Below are positions 62,401 through 64,000 of a stretch of 64,000 nt of DNA, piece by piece. The stretch is from the NCBI GenBank assembly GCA_963755915.1, contig CAVWLP010000002.1:1632001-1696000 (forward strand), written 5' to 3'. Position numbers and translations under genes: made by a program. Positions within the stretch are counted from its first letter, which is position 1; each line of letters starts with the position of its first letter. The notes under the pieces were generated by a model. The model was not told where the DNA came from. It saw only the letters and a list, made by a program, of their open reading frames with translations, and ran no database searches. This DNA comes from an uncultured Phycisphaerales bacterium. GTDB taxonomy: Bacteria > Planctomycetota > Phycisphaerae > Tepidisphaerales > Tepidisphaeraceae.

Positions 62401-62951
62401 CGCTTTTCTGGGCGGGGGCGCGGATTACGACAGCCGGCGGGAAGCAGATTCCGCTTGCGGATTTGCCGATGAAGTTCAGCAATGTGACGCCGGCGCCGGG
62501 GAAGGATACGGATTATCTGGGTGGGCCGGTGAAGATCGCGGGGAATGCGTACACGGATGACGTGGCGGCGGAGCCTGCGGATTCGGCGGAAGCGGGGGTG
62601 GTGACGGTGGATTTGACGGGGGTGGACGCGAAGCGGTTTACGGCCGTGGTGGGGAGCGATTATCCGCTGGGGGACGAGTTTCAGCGGCGCAAGACGTATG
62701 CGGTGCGCAGCGAAGGGACGGAAGCGAATTTTCTGACGGTGATTGAGCCGTTTGAAAAATCGCCGATGGTGAAATCGGCATCGGCGACGGGGCCGGGGGA
62801 ATTTGAAGCGGACCTGGCGGATGGGAGGGTGCAGAGGATCGAGATTCAGAATTTCCAGGGAGACGGTAAGAATATCGGGATAACGCTGACGCAGAGCGAA
62901 GGGGGAAAAACGGTGACCGAGAGTTGTAATTCGGCGACTTCGAATCCGTGA
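59416..62951 (+). CDS. Secreted polysaccharide-lyase-like protein (alginate lyase/heparinase II-III-like; frameshift near 59880)
   Basis: Signal peptide; NNWN, DDGWWYE.S..Y, HGWAHGHFD, HNMVVVD. Confidence 0.7.
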
Positions 62952-62965
62952 ATTGGAGTATTGAG

Positions 62966-64000
62966 ATGAAGCTGGTCATTTTTCTGATTCCGGTGCTGAT
63001 GGCGGGTTGTGCGGCGGCGGCAGAACATCCGGAGGTGCTGGTGAACCCGGGGGATCGCGAGGCGATCGTCGCGAAGATTCAGGATGACGACTGGGCGAAG
63101 CAGAAGTATGAGAAGATCAAGGCAAACGTGGATGAGCTGATGCGCGAAAGCGGGGGCGATCAGCAGTGGCTAACGTCGCGGCTGGCGATGAACTGGCAGA
63201 CGCATTTTACCACGGCGGATTGCGTGATGGCGCGGTTTGCGGGGGGCGAAGGGCATGCACCGATTCCCACGCCGCGGTTTGCGGGAGCGAGGGATTGGGC
63301 GACAATTTACACGGCGCCGGTAAGAATCGGGGATTTTCGGCCTTGGAATGATGATGCGAAGGGTCAGATTTTTCTGCACGATCGGGAATCGAACCGGGAT
63401 GTGTGGGTGCAGCCGGGTTTGACGGGGCGGACGATTGAATCGATCAACCAGCGGGTGATGGAGGCTGCGGAAGATTCGGCGTTTGTTTACTGGATTACCG
63501 GCGACAAGAGGTATGCGCATTTCGCGGCGGGGGCGTTGATGACGTATATGCAGGGGTTTGCTTACGTGACCCCGCCGAAGGTGCCGGCGGGGGATCGGAC
63601 GATTCCGCCGATCATCGGGATGACGTCGTTTGAGGTGATTCACGAGGATATCGTGACGCCGCTGGCGCTGACGTATGACTTTCTTTACGAATATCTGAAG
63701 GGCGACGGGCAGGATGTGACGGTGGTGCAGAGCGGGTTGAAGCGGATGATTCAGCGGGTGATCGACGGGGGAATGCGCGAGGGGAACTGGAATCTGAACA
63801 AGGCGCGGATCATTGCCTATGGGGCGCTGGCGCTGGAGGACGATAGGGCGTATGCGGATCGGCGCGGGCGGGAGTATTTCGTGAACATCGTGCTGAATGC
63901 GCAGTTGCCGCATCAGTATGGGATCACCCATGTGATTCATCATGCGTTCGACGAGGCGACAGCGATGTGGCCGGAGGCGTGCGGGTATGGGTTTGGCGCG
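62966..64000 (+). CDS. Secreted/lipoprotein lyase-like protein, 3' truncated by the window end
   Basis: MKLVIFLIPVLMAGC (possible lipobox); HPEVL, YDFLY, GNWN, WPEACGY; open to the window edge. Confidence 0.65.
   Translation, partial: MKLVIFLIPVLMAGCAAAAEHPEVLVNPGDREAIVAKIQDDDWAKQKYEKIKANVDELMRESGGDQQWLTSRLAMNWQTHFTTADCVMARFAGGEGHAPIPTPRFAGARDWATIYTAPVRIGDFRPWNDDAKGQIFLHDRESNRDVWVQPGLTGRTIESINQRVMEAAEDSAFVYWITGDKRYAHFAAGALMTYMQGFAYVTPPKVPAGDRTIPPIIGMTSFEVIHEDIVTPLALTYDFLYEYLKGDGQDVTVVQSGLKRMIQRVIDGGMREGNWNLNKARIIAYGALALEDDRAYADRRGREYFVNIVLNAQLPHQYGITHVIHHAFDEATAMWPEACGYGFGA

Noticed and set aside
1-64000. tRNA, rRNA, integrase or phage structural genes
   Set aside because: None recognised in the window.

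Overview
GC-rich bacterial DNA, most likely Planctomycetota (Phycisphaerae/Tepidisphaeraceae-like, inferred from the PEP-CTERM proteins with dockerin-like tails, a DUF1559-type pseudopilin, a XylR regulator and short palindromic repeats). Many single-base frameshifts probably reflect long-read assembly error. Layout: (1) 1-9.6 kb: two near-identical, inverted IS21 copies around a BlaI/BlaR1(M56) pair with visible operators. (2) 9.9-12.8 kb: a compact ubiquitin-like operon (Ubl, E2-like/Zn-finger, JAB, E1/ThiF) followed by mobile-element-type cargo. (3) 14.6-25.3 kb: a sigma54 two-component pair divergent from an amtB-permease-PII-APC transporter cluster. (4) 26.1-37.9 kb, the highlight: one tightly coupled operon that joins a eukaryote-like ubiquitination set (FHA-RING E3, E1, UBC-type E2, Ubl ending in AG, JAB) to a pupylation set (ARC/Mpa ATPase, Dop-like, Pup-like modifier ending in GGE, PafA-like), plus a single-domain Clp-type ATPase and a TPR protein. 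No 20S proteasome genes are in the window. (5) 38-47 kb: TPR-glycosyltransferase, aldehyde dehydrogenase, a putative glycoside hydrolase and a low-GC islet hit by an IS3. (6) 47-64 kb: a polysaccharide-utilisation-type locus. All family calls come from reading motifs by eye; no searches were run.
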